Assembly (NCBI GenBank): GCA_025359805.1
Contig: JANYDU010000030.1
Location: forward strand, 22,825-86,824
Direction: 5' to 3'
Length of the DNA stretch: 64,000 nucleotides
Source: Bacteroidota bacterium
GTDB taxonomy: Bacteria; Bacteroidota; Bacteroidia; UKL13-3
The translations under genes and the position numbers were made by a program. This document shows, in pieces, positions 38,350 to 47,468 of the stretch (positions within the stretch are counted from its first letter, which is position 1; each line of letters starts with the position of its first letter). The notes beneath the pieces are model-generated. The model was not told the DNA's origin. It was given only the letters and a program-made list of their open reading frames with translations, and searched no databases.

Positions 38350-39588
38350 ATGAAAAAATTTCTTCAAATAGCATTCTTAAGTTTTTGCTTTAGCTTATCA
38401 ATTAATCAATCAAATGCACAACAAAAACTTATTCATTATTGGCACTTTAATAATTTAGTAAATTACACAACAGTAGCTGTTAATCCATCAACACTACCAG
38501 CTATAAAAGCAAATTACTCCACATTGGATACAAATAAAGCAGTTGTTGCTTATAAAATTTTAGCAGGAACTGCTGGTAACGTATTAACGTATTGGGACAA
38601 TGTGACCCCTGGCGACACTGTAAATGTACGATTAGGACAGCCTGCTGGCTTAGGCTACAGACCTCGTAACCCAAGTGATAGTATGCAACTGATGTTTTAT
38701 ATTCCAACAACAGGGTATCAAAATATCACCATCAAATTCGAAACACAAAAATCAAGTGCAAGTGCTGGTGGAGCAATTGACTCATTTGATTACAGCATAG
38801 ATAGTGGCATCACGTGGAGAAATTCTGGCGTATCCTTATTGTATGCCTCGAACGTTACAACTTGGACAGCTACTCCGGGTATTTCAGTAAATATAAATAG
38901 CGATCCCTTGGCCAATAATAATAATAAATTAGTTTTCAGAATTAGATTTGGTGGTGGCGGAACAACTGGAACTACAGGCAATGTTAGGTTTGATAATATT
39001 ACTATTGAAGGCGATACTCTTATAGCAACTCCTGTTACATTATTAAACTTCAGTGCAAAAATTATTGCCCATTCAAAAGTTAATTTAACGTGGCAAACTA
39101 CTTCCGAAATAAACAATGATTATTTTATAATTGAAAAAAGTATTGATGAGCAAAATTGGATCGAAACAGAAAAAATAAAAGGTGCGGGAAATAGCAATTC
39201 AGTTAAAACATATCAAACAAATGATGAAGTTGAGAATGGAATTGGAGTAATTTATTACCGACTAAAACAAGTTGATTTTAATGGCGAGGTAACCACTTTT
39301 AACCCAATAGTGATTAACCTAAACAATAATAATTTACCAACTATTATTTCAGTAGAAAATCCTATCCAAAATAATACTTGTAACATTAAACTATTTTCCG
39401 AAAATCAAACTCAATTAACTGTTACAATTAGAAATGTTTTAGGAAATGTTATTCAGCAAACATCCTACGTTACCAAAGGAAATACACTACTTAATTTAGA
39501 TGTTGCCTCTATAAATAATGGAATTTATTTTTTAGAAATAAAAGATGGGAACAATATTGTATCGAGCAAAAAAATCCTTAAACAATAA
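38350..39588 (+). CDS. T9SS cargo protein, 412 aa: HYW-domain, Ig/FN3-like domain, T9SS CTD
   Basis: Signal peptide, then HYW-domain copy 3. A LLNFSAK...LTWQT...YRLKQVDFNG beta-sandwich follows. The tail is NPIQNNTCNIKL...GIYFLEI. Confidence 0.8.
   Translation: MKKFLQIAFLSFCFSLSINQSNAQQKLIHYWHFNNLVNYTTVAVNPSTLPAIKANYSTLDTNKAVVAYKILAGTAGNVLTYWDNVTPGDTVNVRLGQPAGLGYRPRNPSDSMQLMFYIPTTGYQNITIKFETQKSSASAGGAIDSFDYSIDSGITWRNSGVSLLYASNVTTWTATPGISVNINSDPLANNNNKLVFRIRFGGGGTTGTTGNVRFDNITIEGDTLIATPVTLLNFSAKIIAHSKVNLTWQTTSEINNDYFIIEKSIDEQNWIETEKIKGAGNSNSVKTYQTNDEVENGIGVIYYRLKQVDFNGEVTTFNPIVINLNNNNLPTIISVENPIQNNTCNIKLFSENQTQLTVTIRNVLGNVIQQTSYVTKGNTLLNLDVASINNGIYFLEIKDGNNIVSSKKILKQ
38428..39015 (+). repeat. 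HYW-domain copy 3 (LIHYWHFNN ... RPRNPSDSMQ ... RFDNITIEGD)
   Basis: See copy 1. Confidence 0.8.
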
Positions 39589-39607
39589 GTACTAGAATTA
39601 AAAAACA

Positions 39608-39640
39608 GAAAGGCTTTGGCAAATTGTGAAGGCCTTTTTT
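39608..39640. terminator. Weak hairpin between convergent genes
   Basis: AAAGGC (39609-39614) pairs with GCCTTT (39632-39637), followed by a T-run. The loop is long (17 nt). Confidence 0.3.
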
Positions 39641-40400
39641 ATTTGCCTGAAATACTTTTTAGTTTCTCTATAAACACTTCTTTTTTTCTTCTTGAAACTT
39701 CAACAGAACTATCATCAGCCATAATAATTACACCACCTTCTCCTTTTATATAACGTTTAATATGTGCAAGGTTGATAAGATGAGAATGGTGTACCCGAAT
39801 AAAATTATGCGCGTTTAATAACTCTTCAAAATCTTTTAAAGTTTTAGAAACTAAAATGGGTTTACTATTGATTAAATAAAATTTAGTGTAATTATCATCC
39901 GACTCACAACGAATAATATCCTCTGTGTTAACAAAAATTAAACCATCAAGCGTTGGCAATGCCAATTTGCTTTTAGTGGTTTGAATGTTTCTAATATTTT
40001 GAAGTAAAATATCGAGTTGTGAATTATCTTTTCCTTTACTTCTTAATTTAATAATTACCTTCTCAATGGCAGATTCTAAATCATCTGCATCAATTGGTTT
40101 CAATAAATAATCCACTGCACTAAACTTAAAAGCTTTAATAGCATATTGATCGTAGGCTGTTGTAAATATTACTTCAAAATCTTTTTCCTTGATGGATGCC
40201 AGCATATCAAAACCATTTCTATGTGGCATTTCAATATCTAAAAAAACTAAATCTGGTTTCAAATTTTTGATAAGTAATTCTCCTGACTCTGCATCTTCAG
40301 CAAGTCCTATTAGTTCGATTTTATCATCAAACTCTTCTAACATTTTTTTGAGGGCATTTCGTCCTCTCAATTCATCTTCAATAATTATTGTACGTATCAT
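39639..40400 (-). CDS. LytTR-family response regulator (REC + LytTR), paralog of 12686..13447
   Basis: DLVFLDIEMP REC motif and a CESDDNYTKFYL...FIRVHHSHLINL LytTR domain. Same length (253 aa) as the other copy. Confidence 0.85.
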   Translation of the reverse strand: MIRTIIIEDELRGRNALKKMLEEFDDKIELIGLAEDAESGELLIKNLKPDLVFLDIEMPHRNGFDMLASIKEKDFEVIFTTAYDQYAIKAFKFSAVDYLLKPIDADDLESAIEKVIIKLRSKGKDNSQLDILLQNIRNIQTTKSKLALPTLDGLIFVNTEDIIRCESDDNYTKFYLINSKPILVSKTLKDFEELLNAHNFIRVHHSHLINLAHIKRYIKGEGGVIIMADDSSVEVSRRKKEVFIEKLKSISGK

Positions 40401-43400
40401 ATAGTAAGTTGAAATGGAATGGTGATAATAACTTTTGTACCAGCACTATTGCCTTCATCATCATACAAATCTATTATTTCTGCTGATGCCTGTGCTTTAT
40501 TTAATTGATTTAAAATAGCTAATCTTTCATTAGTTACTTTTAATCCTTTTGAAATATGTGAATGCGCTTGTTTGTTTCTAATTTCTCTTGATTTTTTTCT
40601 GCCTATTCCATTATCAATTACCTCACAAACCAATAATTCTTTATTTTGTAAATGAAATTTCACAGTGAGTTCTCTATCATTTTCTTTATGCATTAAGCCA
40701 TGCCAAATAGCATTTTCAATAAATGGTTGAATGAGCATAGTTGGAATTTCTATCTTATAAATATTTACATCCGGAAAAATATTTAATGAATAATTAAACC
40801 CATTATTAAATCTTAATGATTCAATTTCGATATAGAGTTTTAAGAAATCAATTTTTTTGGCAAGTGTAATGGTTGACGTTTCAGAATTATCTAAAATTTG
40901 CCTGATGAGTTTAGCAAACTTGCTCAAATATTTTGACGCTTCTTTAATATTATTATTTAAAATAAAGTCTTGAATAGAGTTTAAAGCATTAAAAATAAAG
41001 TGAGGATTCATCTGCGCGCGCAAAGCTTTTAACTCTAATTCGCTCAATTGTTTATTAATTGATGTTCGATGTTGTTCTTGTTTTCTGATAAATGAAATAC
41101 GCAAATAAACAGCAACCCAAACCACACAAACAATGATTAAAAAAATGATTAAAACAAACCACCATCTCTGCCAAAAAGGGGGAGTAATAATAATTTGAAT
41201 AGCGTTTATTTCATCACTCCAAATACCATCATTATTGGTTCCTTTAATTTTTAAAACATAATTACCAGGGCGCAAACTATTATAGCGAGCAATATTTGAT
41301 GTACCTGAATACACCCAATTATAATCATACCCTTCGAGCTTATATGCATATATATTTTTTTCTGGTGCGGTGTATTCAAGAGCCGAAAAATTAAAGGTTA
41401 AGTAATTTTGGAAATAAGAAAGTGTAATGAGTTTGATAGCAAGTAATGAATCAATATTTAATTCGTTATCAAACACTTTAAATGAAGTAAGTCTTATTAA
41501 TGGCTTTGTTTTATTCTCTTTAATATCAATCGGATTAAAAAAATTAAACCCCTCAACACCTCCAAATAATAAATATCCATTTGAGGTTATATAATTAGCC
41601 CCTCCATTAAATTCATTACTTTGTAAACCATCCAATACAGAATAATTTTTAAATGTTTGTGCCTCTATGGAATACTTTGAAATACCAAAATTTGTGCTTA
41701 TCCAAAGGTTGTTTTGATTATCTTTTTCGATACCATAAACCAAATCATTTGCCAAGCCATTTGATATATTAAAATTTTTATAGGTTTCATTATGCGTATC
41801 AAACCTAATAAAACCATTGCCCATTGTGCCTATCCAAAGTATTCCTGTACTGTCTAAAATCATTGTACTCATGGTATAATCATTCTCTCCATTATTCTCA
41901 GTACGAAAAAAAACTTTTGTATGATGCCCATCCCATTTAATAATTTGGCTTGAAAAAGCAATCCAAATATTTCCATTTTTATCCTCCACCAACGACCTAA
42001 TATTTTTTATTTTATCAACTGAAATAGATAAAGGAACAACTCTGTTTTTTTTCTCATCAAACTCAAACAAACCATTTCCTCCTCCTAATAAAACTTTTCC
42101 ATTATGGCAAATTAAAATGGTTTTAATAAAGGTCTCAGAGTTGATATTTGAATAGGGTATTTCAGTAAATTTATTTGTTGAGGTATTAAATAATTCTAAG
42201 CCTAATGCAGTTCCTAATAATAAATTTTCACCCAATTGATCAATACAAAATATCACATCCGATGATCTATTTTTATTGTTATTAGGATATCGTATAAATT
42301 TATTTTCAGCAGTAATCCATTTATTTAATCCTTCGCCATCAGTTCCTATCCAGATATTTTTTTCTGAATCTTCAAAAAATGAAAGTATAAAATTACTGCT
42401 TACCGAATTTTTATTAAACGGATTATTTTTATACGTATTAAAACTTGATTTATTAAAATTTACTTTGTTAAGCCCTCCTCCATAAGTTCCTATCCAAATA
42501 ATTCCAGAATGATCCTCACAAAAAGCTATCACATAATTTTTGCTAATAGAATTGGGAACTATGGGATTCAATTCATAAAATTCGGGAGTGGCATTTTCGT
42601 TTTCAAAAAACAATAACCCATTGTTAGTTCCCACCCAAATTCTTTTTGTTTTATCAACCAATATTGCAGTTACTATATTTAAAGTATGATGAATTTTTGA
42701 TGATACTAATTTGCTATAGTCTTTTATTATTTTAGTTTTACTGTTGATAGAAATAAGTTCATTTGATTCGGATGCTGCCCAAATTGATTTTGAATTTTCA
42801 TCATATTGAACAAAAGAAAATTTGTATGCAGAATTTAAATAAGCAGCTAATTTATTTGTTAAAACATCAATTTTTTTTAACTCATAATTTGATGCAAAAA
42901 CTACTTCTTGCGCATTTATTTCAGTAATATCCGAGATGTTGGAAATGGGAATAGAACTAAAGTTTTTATATGTTGTATTAAACTTCCAAATTTCTTTTTG
43001 AGTGCATAACCAAATTTCTTTTCGACACCTGCTTTTAAAAAAACATGTAATACGACATTCTTTAAAATCAGGAATTTTAAACTCTTCAAACTGTTCTGTT
43101 ATTTTATTAAAACAACTAATGGATTTGGAATGAACAATCCATAAATTTTTCTGTTCATCTTCAAGAATTCCTTTTACAAAATTATAGGGCAATGATGTTT
43201 TTATAGCACTTGAATGCCTGTAAATTTTAAAACTTTTACCATCATATTTATTCAAACCATCTTCTGTACCTACCCAAATAAATCCATCTGCATCTTGCAA
43301 AATACATTTTGCCGAATTTTGAGAAAGCCCATTCTTAATATCTAAATGTTCAAAGTCAATTTGTGAATTGGCTTGAGCACATAAATAAAAAAATATGAAA

Positions 43401-43459
43401 ACAAAAAATGTAATAAACGCCCTCATGTAGCAAATATAATAGGATTTGACGCTGCGCAA
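40397..43459 (-). CDS. Sensor histidine kinase: beta-propeller repeats + Y_Y_Y + TM + LytS-type His_kinase/HATPase
   Basis: DGFIWVGTEDGLNKYDG-type repeats, then YAYKLEGYDYNW, a TM segment and LKALRAQMNPHFIFNALNS. The alternative start at 43426 (MRAFITFF...) gives a cleaner signal peptide. Confidence 0.85.
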   Translation of the reverse strand: MRSVKSYYICYMRAFITFFVFIFFYLCAQANSQIDFEHLDIKNGLSQNSAKCILQDADGFIWVGTEDGLNKYDGKSFKIYRHSSAIKTSLPYNFVKGILEDEQKNLWIVHSKSISCFNKITEQFEEFKIPDFKECRITCFFKSRCRKEIWLCTQKEIWKFNTTYKNFSSIPISNISDITEINAQEVVFASNYELKKIDVLTNKLAAYLNSAYKFSFVQYDENSKSIWAASESNELISINSKTKIIKDYSKLVSSKIHHTLNIVTAILVDKTKRIWVGTNNGLLFFENENATPEFYELNPIVPNSISKNYVIAFCEDHSGIIWIGTYGGGLNKVNFNKSSFNTYKNNPFNKNSVSSNFILSFFEDSEKNIWIGTDGEGLNKWITAENKFIRYPNNNKNRSSDVIFCIDQLGENLLLGTALGLELFNTSTNKFTEIPYSNINSETFIKTILICHNGKVLLGGGNGLFEFDEKKNRVVPLSISVDKIKNIRSLVEDKNGNIWIAFSSQIIKWDGHHTKVFFRTENNGENDYTMSTMILDSTGILWIGTMGNGFIRFDTHNETYKNFNISNGLANDLVYGIEKDNQNNLWISTNFGISKYSIEAQTFKNYSVLDGLQSNEFNGGANYITSNGYLLFGGVEGFNFFNPIDIKENKTKPLIRLTSFKVFDNELNIDSLLAIKLITLSYFQNYLTFNFSALEYTAPEKNIYAYKLEGYDYNWVYSGTSNIARYNSLRPGNYVLKIKGTNNDGIWSDEINAIQIIITPPFWQRWWFVLIIFLIIVCVVWVAVYLRISFIRKQEQHRTSINKQLSELELKALRAQMNPHFIFNALNSIQDFILNNNIKEASKYLSKFAKLIRQILDNSETSTITLAKKIDFLKLYIEIESLRFNNGFNYSLNIFPDVNIYKIEIPTMLIQPFIENAIWHGLMHKENDRELTVKFHLQNKELLVCEVIDNGIGRKKSREIRNKQAHSHISKGLKVTNERLAILNQLNKAQASAEIIDLYDDEGNSAGTKVIITIPFQLTI

Positions 43460-43482
43460 TTAATCACACTAATTTAATCTTT

Positions 43483-44091
43483 TCAATACACACATTTACT
43501 AAAGCCCAAATAAAAATTATACGTATTAATACCACCGTTAGGCATCATTAAATTGGCATTTGAAATATGTCTGATGCGAAAACCTAAATTTACTGCCGAT
43601 TTTTTTGTGATAAAGTAATATAACCCTGTTCCCATATTATCAGAAAAAATAAAACCACTTGCTTGATTTATACTTTGCACATTTATAACATGTGGCCCTG
43701 ATGAAATCATAGCGTAAACAGAAAGTTTTTTATACAGTGGAAACAGATGTTGTAAACCAACATTTAAACCCATTTCTAAATACATTTTATGTGACTCGTT
43801 TTTTATAAATACGGGATTAATTTGTGGCTCAAAAAACAGGCTAAATATTCCTGGTAAGCTCTGATGATTTGATTTGAAAGGCGTAATTCCAAAATGCCCC
43901 ATCAATAATATGGGCTGATAATTTCCTTCCGGAATATTGGAATTATATAATCCAAATCCATATCCCAATAGGAAACCTTTTTCAGAAAAAAATGGTTTTG
44001 TTTTTTTTAATGAATCGGATTGAGCATGCACAGTTTTCAAAAAAAACAACACACAAATAAGTATAAATATATTTCTAAAAATAAATCCCAT
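43483..44091 (-). CDS. Acyloxyacyl hydrolase / PagL-like lipid A deacylase-family outer-membrane protein
   Basis: Signal peptide, ~200 aa small beta-barrel size, and a conserved H-x-S-N catalytic-type motif (RIRHISNAN) near the C-terminus. Confidence 0.6.
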   Translation of the reverse strand: MGFIFRNIFILICVLFFLKTVHAQSDSLKKTKPFFSEKGFLLGYGFGLYNSNIPEGNYQPILLMGHFGITPFKSNHQSLPGIFSLFFEPQINPVFIKNESHKMYLEMGLNVGLQHLFPLYKKLSVYAMISSGPHVINVQSINQASGFIFSDNMGTGLYYFITKKSAVNLGFRIRHISNANLMMPNGGINTYNFYLGFSKCVY

Positions 44092-44788
44092 AAAAAAATC
44101 TTATTGAGGTTATATTATTAAAATATTCTGTTCCTTCAGTAAGTTTATTTGGGAACCATTCTGCACGTATACCTACATTTTTTTTTTCATTAATTAAATA
44201 CCTAAAGTTTGTCATTAACTGCATTGGATTATTTTCTGGGATAGCAGTAATCCAACCAAAAACTCTTCCTCTACGTGCTGCCAATCCTGTTTCAAGTATA
44301 CATTTTGAACGCCTGTATCGAAGTAAAATATTTGACCCTGAAATATTTGGACTCACATCATCTCTGGCAAATTCAAGCAACATAATATTTAATCCAAAAT
44401 CATTTATGGCATTAAATCTATAAATCATTCCAACACCAAATTGAAAACGATAACTTAACCATAAAGATGAATGTGCATTTGAATAATTGGACGATATCAT
44501 TCCTTGAGCAAGTTCTGCTGATAGTAAATCTCCAATTAAAAACTTTTTATCTTTCTTTAAATGCCCTAAAAAAGAACTCTGCAATCTTTCAGAAACACCT
44601 CCGGCCATATTATTTTTAAGAGTAGGATTTGAATTGTTATTGTATTGACTATACTTAAAATCAATTCCTAAATTCATATCATAAAATCCCATTCTATAAT
44701 TTGAAGCAGGCACTTTGGAATCATCAGGAATAAAACCAAACAAAAAAGTTGGCATTAGGAATACAACAAACAAAAATCTTATCCGCAT
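44075..44788 (-). CDS. Outer-membrane beta-barrel-type hypothetical protein, 237 aa
   Basis: Signal peptide and a C-terminus ending in ...FFYGIYF (terminal aromatic). It overlaps the PagL-like gene by 17 nt. Confidence 0.5.
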   Translation of the reverse strand: MRIRFLFVVFLMPTFLFGFIPDDSKVPASNYRMGFYDMNLGIDFKYSQYNNNSNPTLKNNMAGGVSERLQSSFLGHLKKDKKFLIGDLLSAELAQGMISSNYSNAHSSLWLSYRFQFGVGMIYRFNAINDFGLNIMLLEFARDDVSPNISGSNILLRYRRSKCILETGLAARRGRVFGWITAIPENNPMQLMTNFRYLINEKKNVGIRAEWFPNKLTEGTEYFNNITSIRFFYGIYF

Positions 44789-44989
44789 TATAAATTTATG
44801 ATGAAGTAATCATGAGAAACCAAAAGTAACCCTATGCATGGTGAATTACAAGTTAGTGCCTTGTCCTAAAATAGGTTTATCGATAGTATAATTATTAATG
44901 GATATAGATATGATAGTGTATATGTATTAAAAGTATACCACGAGAACATGCTTGAATGCGACAACTTTTTTTACGAACAAAGTGAACAT

Positions 44990-45018
44990 AAAAAAGCCTT
45001 CACAGATCGTGAAGGCTT
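44990..45018 (-). terminator. Rho-independent terminator of the CAU tRNA
   Basis: AAGCCTTCAC (44994-45003) pairs with GTGAAGGCTT (45009-45018), with a T-run on the minus strand (44991-44995). Confidence 0.7.
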
Positions 45019-45031
45019 GATTTTACTAGTG

Positions 45032-45105
45032 TAGCGGGGAGCAGGATCGAACTGCCCACCTTAGGGTTATGAATCCTACGCTCTAACCAACTGAGCTACC
45101 CCGCC
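45032..45105 (-). tRNA. tRNA with CAU anticodon (elongator Met or lysidine-modified Ile2; not initiator-like)
   Basis: The reverse complement is GGCGGGGTAGCTCAGTTGGTTAGAGCGTAGGATTCATAACCCTAAGGTGGGCAGTTCGATCCTGCTCCCCGCTA. It folds as a cloverleaf with a G1-U72 pair. It lacks the initiator 1:72 mismatch and the GGG/CCC anticodon stem. Confidence 0.85.
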
Positions 45106-45123
45106 ATTTTATCAAGTGGGCTG

Positions 45124-45131
45124 CAAATTTA
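45124..45131 (-). promoter_or_regulatory. Candidate -7 box for the CAU tRNA
   Basis: The minus strand reads TAAATTTG (TAnnTTTG), 18 nt upstream of the tRNA 5' end. The -33 element is unclear. Confidence 0.35.
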
Positions 45132-45295
45132 AAAATATTTTTACTTTAACCTAACCAACCCTACTTTTTCTTTGCATGTACAAATACGTTGTTCAATTTG
45201 TTGGGTTTTACACAGCATGATAGCATGCATTATGCACAACTTACAAATAAATGCTATTTTAAAAAGTCGTACTTTTGGACAAACATTTTTATCGC

Positions 45296-46075
45296 ATGAA
45301 AATAAAAACTTTTATTTCAGGTTCACTTTCTGTTATTACTTGCGGTGTATTGTTCTTTTCTGCCAATTCACCAAAAACAGTAACTGGGGGTTCGCCCAAG
45401 GTTCATATATCTTCATCACCATCATACCCAAATTTTGGAATTAGCTTACCAGGTGATTATATACTGCATGGTATTGATGTTTCTCGCCACCAACGTAATA
45501 TTGATTGGGAAGCAGTAAGTAAAATGAATCATAATGATATTGGAATTTCATTCGCTTTTATAAAAGCCTCTGAAGGAAGAACCGTGGTTGATGAATATTT
45601 TGATGATAATTGGGATAAGGCTAAAGAAAATGGAATTATGCGTGGAGCCTATCATTTTTATCGCCCGCACTTAACCGCAGATGAACAAGCCTCTTTATTT
45701 TTTCGCCAAGTTCCTAAATTATCAAAAGGAGATTTACCTCCAGTTTTGGATATTGAGATGAGAGGAAGTTGTCCTCCGGCTCGTTTAAAAAAGAATTTGA
45801 AAAGATGGCTTGTTTTGGTTGAAAAACGTTACGGAATGACTCCGATTCTTTACACCAATTATGGATTTTACAAAAGTTATTTAACTGGAAAAGAATTTAA
45901 AAAATATCCATTATGGGTTGCTCATTATAGAACACCTGATATCAATTATAAAGTAAGTGAATGGCATTTTTGGCAACATAGCGACCACGGACATGTGAAT
46001 GGAATTAGAGGGGGAGTTGATTTTAATGTATTTAATGGAGATGTTGAAGATCTCAAAAAATTATGTAAGAAATAA
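45296..46075 (+). CDS. Glycoside hydrolase family 25 lysozyme (muramidase), secreted
   Basis: The ATG at 45296 gives MKIKTFISGSLSVITCGVLFFS. Motifs are GIDVSRHQ..IDW, FAFIKASEG, YHFY, LDIE and WQHS. Confidence 0.8.
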   Translation: MKIKTFISGSLSVITCGVLFFSANSPKTVTGGSPKVHISSSPSYPNFGISLPGDYILHGIDVSRHQRNIDWEAVSKMNHNDIGISFAFIKASEGRTVVDEYFDDNWDKAKENGIMRGAYHFYRPHLTADEQASLFFRQVPKLSKGDLPPVLDIEMRGSCPPARLKKNLKRWLVLVEKRYGMTPILYTNYGFYKSYLTGKEFKKYPLWVAHYRTPDINYKVSEWHFWQHSDHGHVNGIRGGVDFNVFNGDVEDLKKLCKK

Positions 46076-46097
46076 TTTTGATTGATCACAAATAAGT

Positions 46098-46129
46098 TAA
46101 AAAGTCCTGAATATTATCAGGACTTTTTT
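46098..46129. terminator. Bidirectional terminator between convergent genes
   Basis: AGTCCTGA-ATATTA-TCAGGACT flanked by A-runs and T-runs. Confidence 0.65.
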
Positions 46130-46130
46130 A

Positions 46131-46376
46131 TTACCTCTTTTTGCTGTTTATAAGCATATAAATAAATCCAACAGTACCCAATGCTAAAATAATGATGTAA
46201 GCATATTTTTCTTTTATAAAAAAATCATAACTCAAATACAACATCATACTAAAAAAAAGTATTCCTCTAATAATATTTGAACGATAACTGATGAGTTTTA
46301 ATTTGGGAGCAATGAAATAGAAGAAAACAACAATGGTTAAAACTCCAATCAACACATAAATAAAAGTATAGTTCAT
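46131..46376 (-). CDS. Small membrane protein, 81 aa (3 TM)
   Basis: Hydrophobic ORF whose start lies 1 nt after the stop of the alkaline phosphatase gene. Confidence 0.5.
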   Translation of the reverse strand: MNYTFIYVLIGVLTIVVFFYFIAPKLKLISYRSNIIRGILFFSMMLYLSYDFFIKEKYAYIIILALGTVGFIYMLINSKKR

Positions 46377-46377
46377 C

Positions 46378-47466
46378 TTATTTTAAATCAAGAAGCTTGC
46401 AGAATTTGTAAAAAATTTCTGTATTTTGATAGATACCCGAGAACTCTTCAGCACCCGGTCCATAAGCAAAAACGGGAACCATTATTCCTGAATGCCCACC
46501 CGATGAATAATTTACTTTAAAGGTCTTTTTATTTTCTTTGTTTTCGATGAGAGATAACCCTCCTGTTTCGTGATCGGCAGTAACAACAACTAAAGTGTTG
46601 CCATCTTTTTGTGCTTCATCTAATACGGCATTTATTACTTCATTAAAATCTCTCAACTCGGCTTTCATGTATTCAAAATCATTTGCATGTCCGCCCCAAT
46701 CAATTTGCGAACCTTCAATCATCAACATATAACCATTATCATTTTTGTTTAAATTTTTGATGGCTAATTGCGATGCGTTTTTTAAATAATTACCTCTTCC
46801 CTGCTGCATCGTTTTCATTCCATCCCACGATAAAGTATATACCAATTTTTGAGCTTCAATTTCTTTAACAGGGTTGATGGTATCTGACAAAGTTGTATAT
46901 CCTTTTGCCGCTAATTCGTTATTTAAATTTCTACCATCTTTGCGAGAAGTGAAAAATTTCATTCCACCTCCAATAGCAATATCACAATTTCCTTTCAATA
47001 AAAATTCTGCAATATCTTCTTCGCTTTTTCGGCTGCTTACATGTGCATAAAAGCAAGCAGGTGTGGCATGCGTTACGGATGATGTAACCACAACTCCTGT
47101 AGCACAATTTTTCTTCTTTAGTTTTTCAAATAAATTTTCGTGAGATGAAGAATCGGCTGCAACACCAATAGCTCCATTGTATGTTTTTTTACCTATTGAA
47201 AAAACAGTTGCTCCAGCTCCACTATCAGTTACATAATTATCATCCGATGAAGTTTTACTGAATCCAATTACTTTAAATCTCTCAAAAGCATTTACTCCAT
47301 CATAAAACGACATCGCTCCTGATATTTGAGCAAGCCCCATTCCATCTCCAATTAAAAAAATTACTTTTTTAGGTTTCTTAGCTTTATCTGCTTTTTTAAA
47401 ATTGAGAGAAGCAAAAGTTACTGCTGCAATGGCAGTAAAAAACAAAATTGATTTTAAGCGATTCAT
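46378..47466 (-). CDS. phoA: Alkaline phosphatase (PhoA family), secreted
   Basis: IGDGMG, VTDSGAGAT (nucleophile Ser), DWGGH, ADHETGG and GGHSG motifs. Confidence 0.85.
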   Translation of the reverse strand: MNRLKSILFFTAIAAVTFASLNFKKADKAKKPKKVIFLIGDGMGLAQISGAMSFYDGVNAFERFKVIGFSKTSSDDNYVTDSGAGATVFSIGKKTYNGAIGVAADSSSHENLFEKLKKKNCATGVVVTSSVTHATPACFYAHVSSRKSEEDIAEFLLKGNCDIAIGGGMKFFTSRKDGRNLNNELAAKGYTTLSDTINPVKEIEAQKLVYTLSWDGMKTMQQGRGNYLKNASQLAIKNLNKNDNGYMLMIEGSQIDWGGHANDFEYMKAELRDFNEVINAVLDEAQKDGNTLVVVTADHETGGLSLIENKENKKTFKVNYSSGGHSGIMVPVFAYGPGAEEFSGIYQNTEIFYKFCKLLDLK

Positions 47467-47468
47467 GG

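Noticed and set aside
38790-39116. 108-aa minus-strand ORF
   Set aside because: It is antisense to HYW-domain copy 3 of the 412-aa T9SS cargo gene.
44178-44187. A10/T10 homopolymer inside the 237-aa OMP gene (also T9 at 15485-15493 in the first kinase) as possible slipped-strand phase-variation switches
   Set aside because: They encode Lys/Asn runs (NEKKNVG, KKNKAG), which are common in AT-rich genomes. Tracts of this length are expected by composition, and there is no evidence of length heterogeneity from a single sequence.
44812-44818. ATGAGAA (and TTGAATGCG at 44952-44960) resembling the 16.6-kb repeat motif upstream of the second kinase operon
   Set aside because: These are 7-mer partial matches without the 21-bp phasing. 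That is too weak to claim a shared LytTR box.
45032-46075. tRNA (CAU) followed by a GH25 lysozyme as a possible prophage or island junction
   Set aside because: There is no integrase, no phage structural genes, no visible duplicated tRNA 3' segment and no compositional shift. The lysozyme has its own signal peptide and looks like a resident secreted enzyme.
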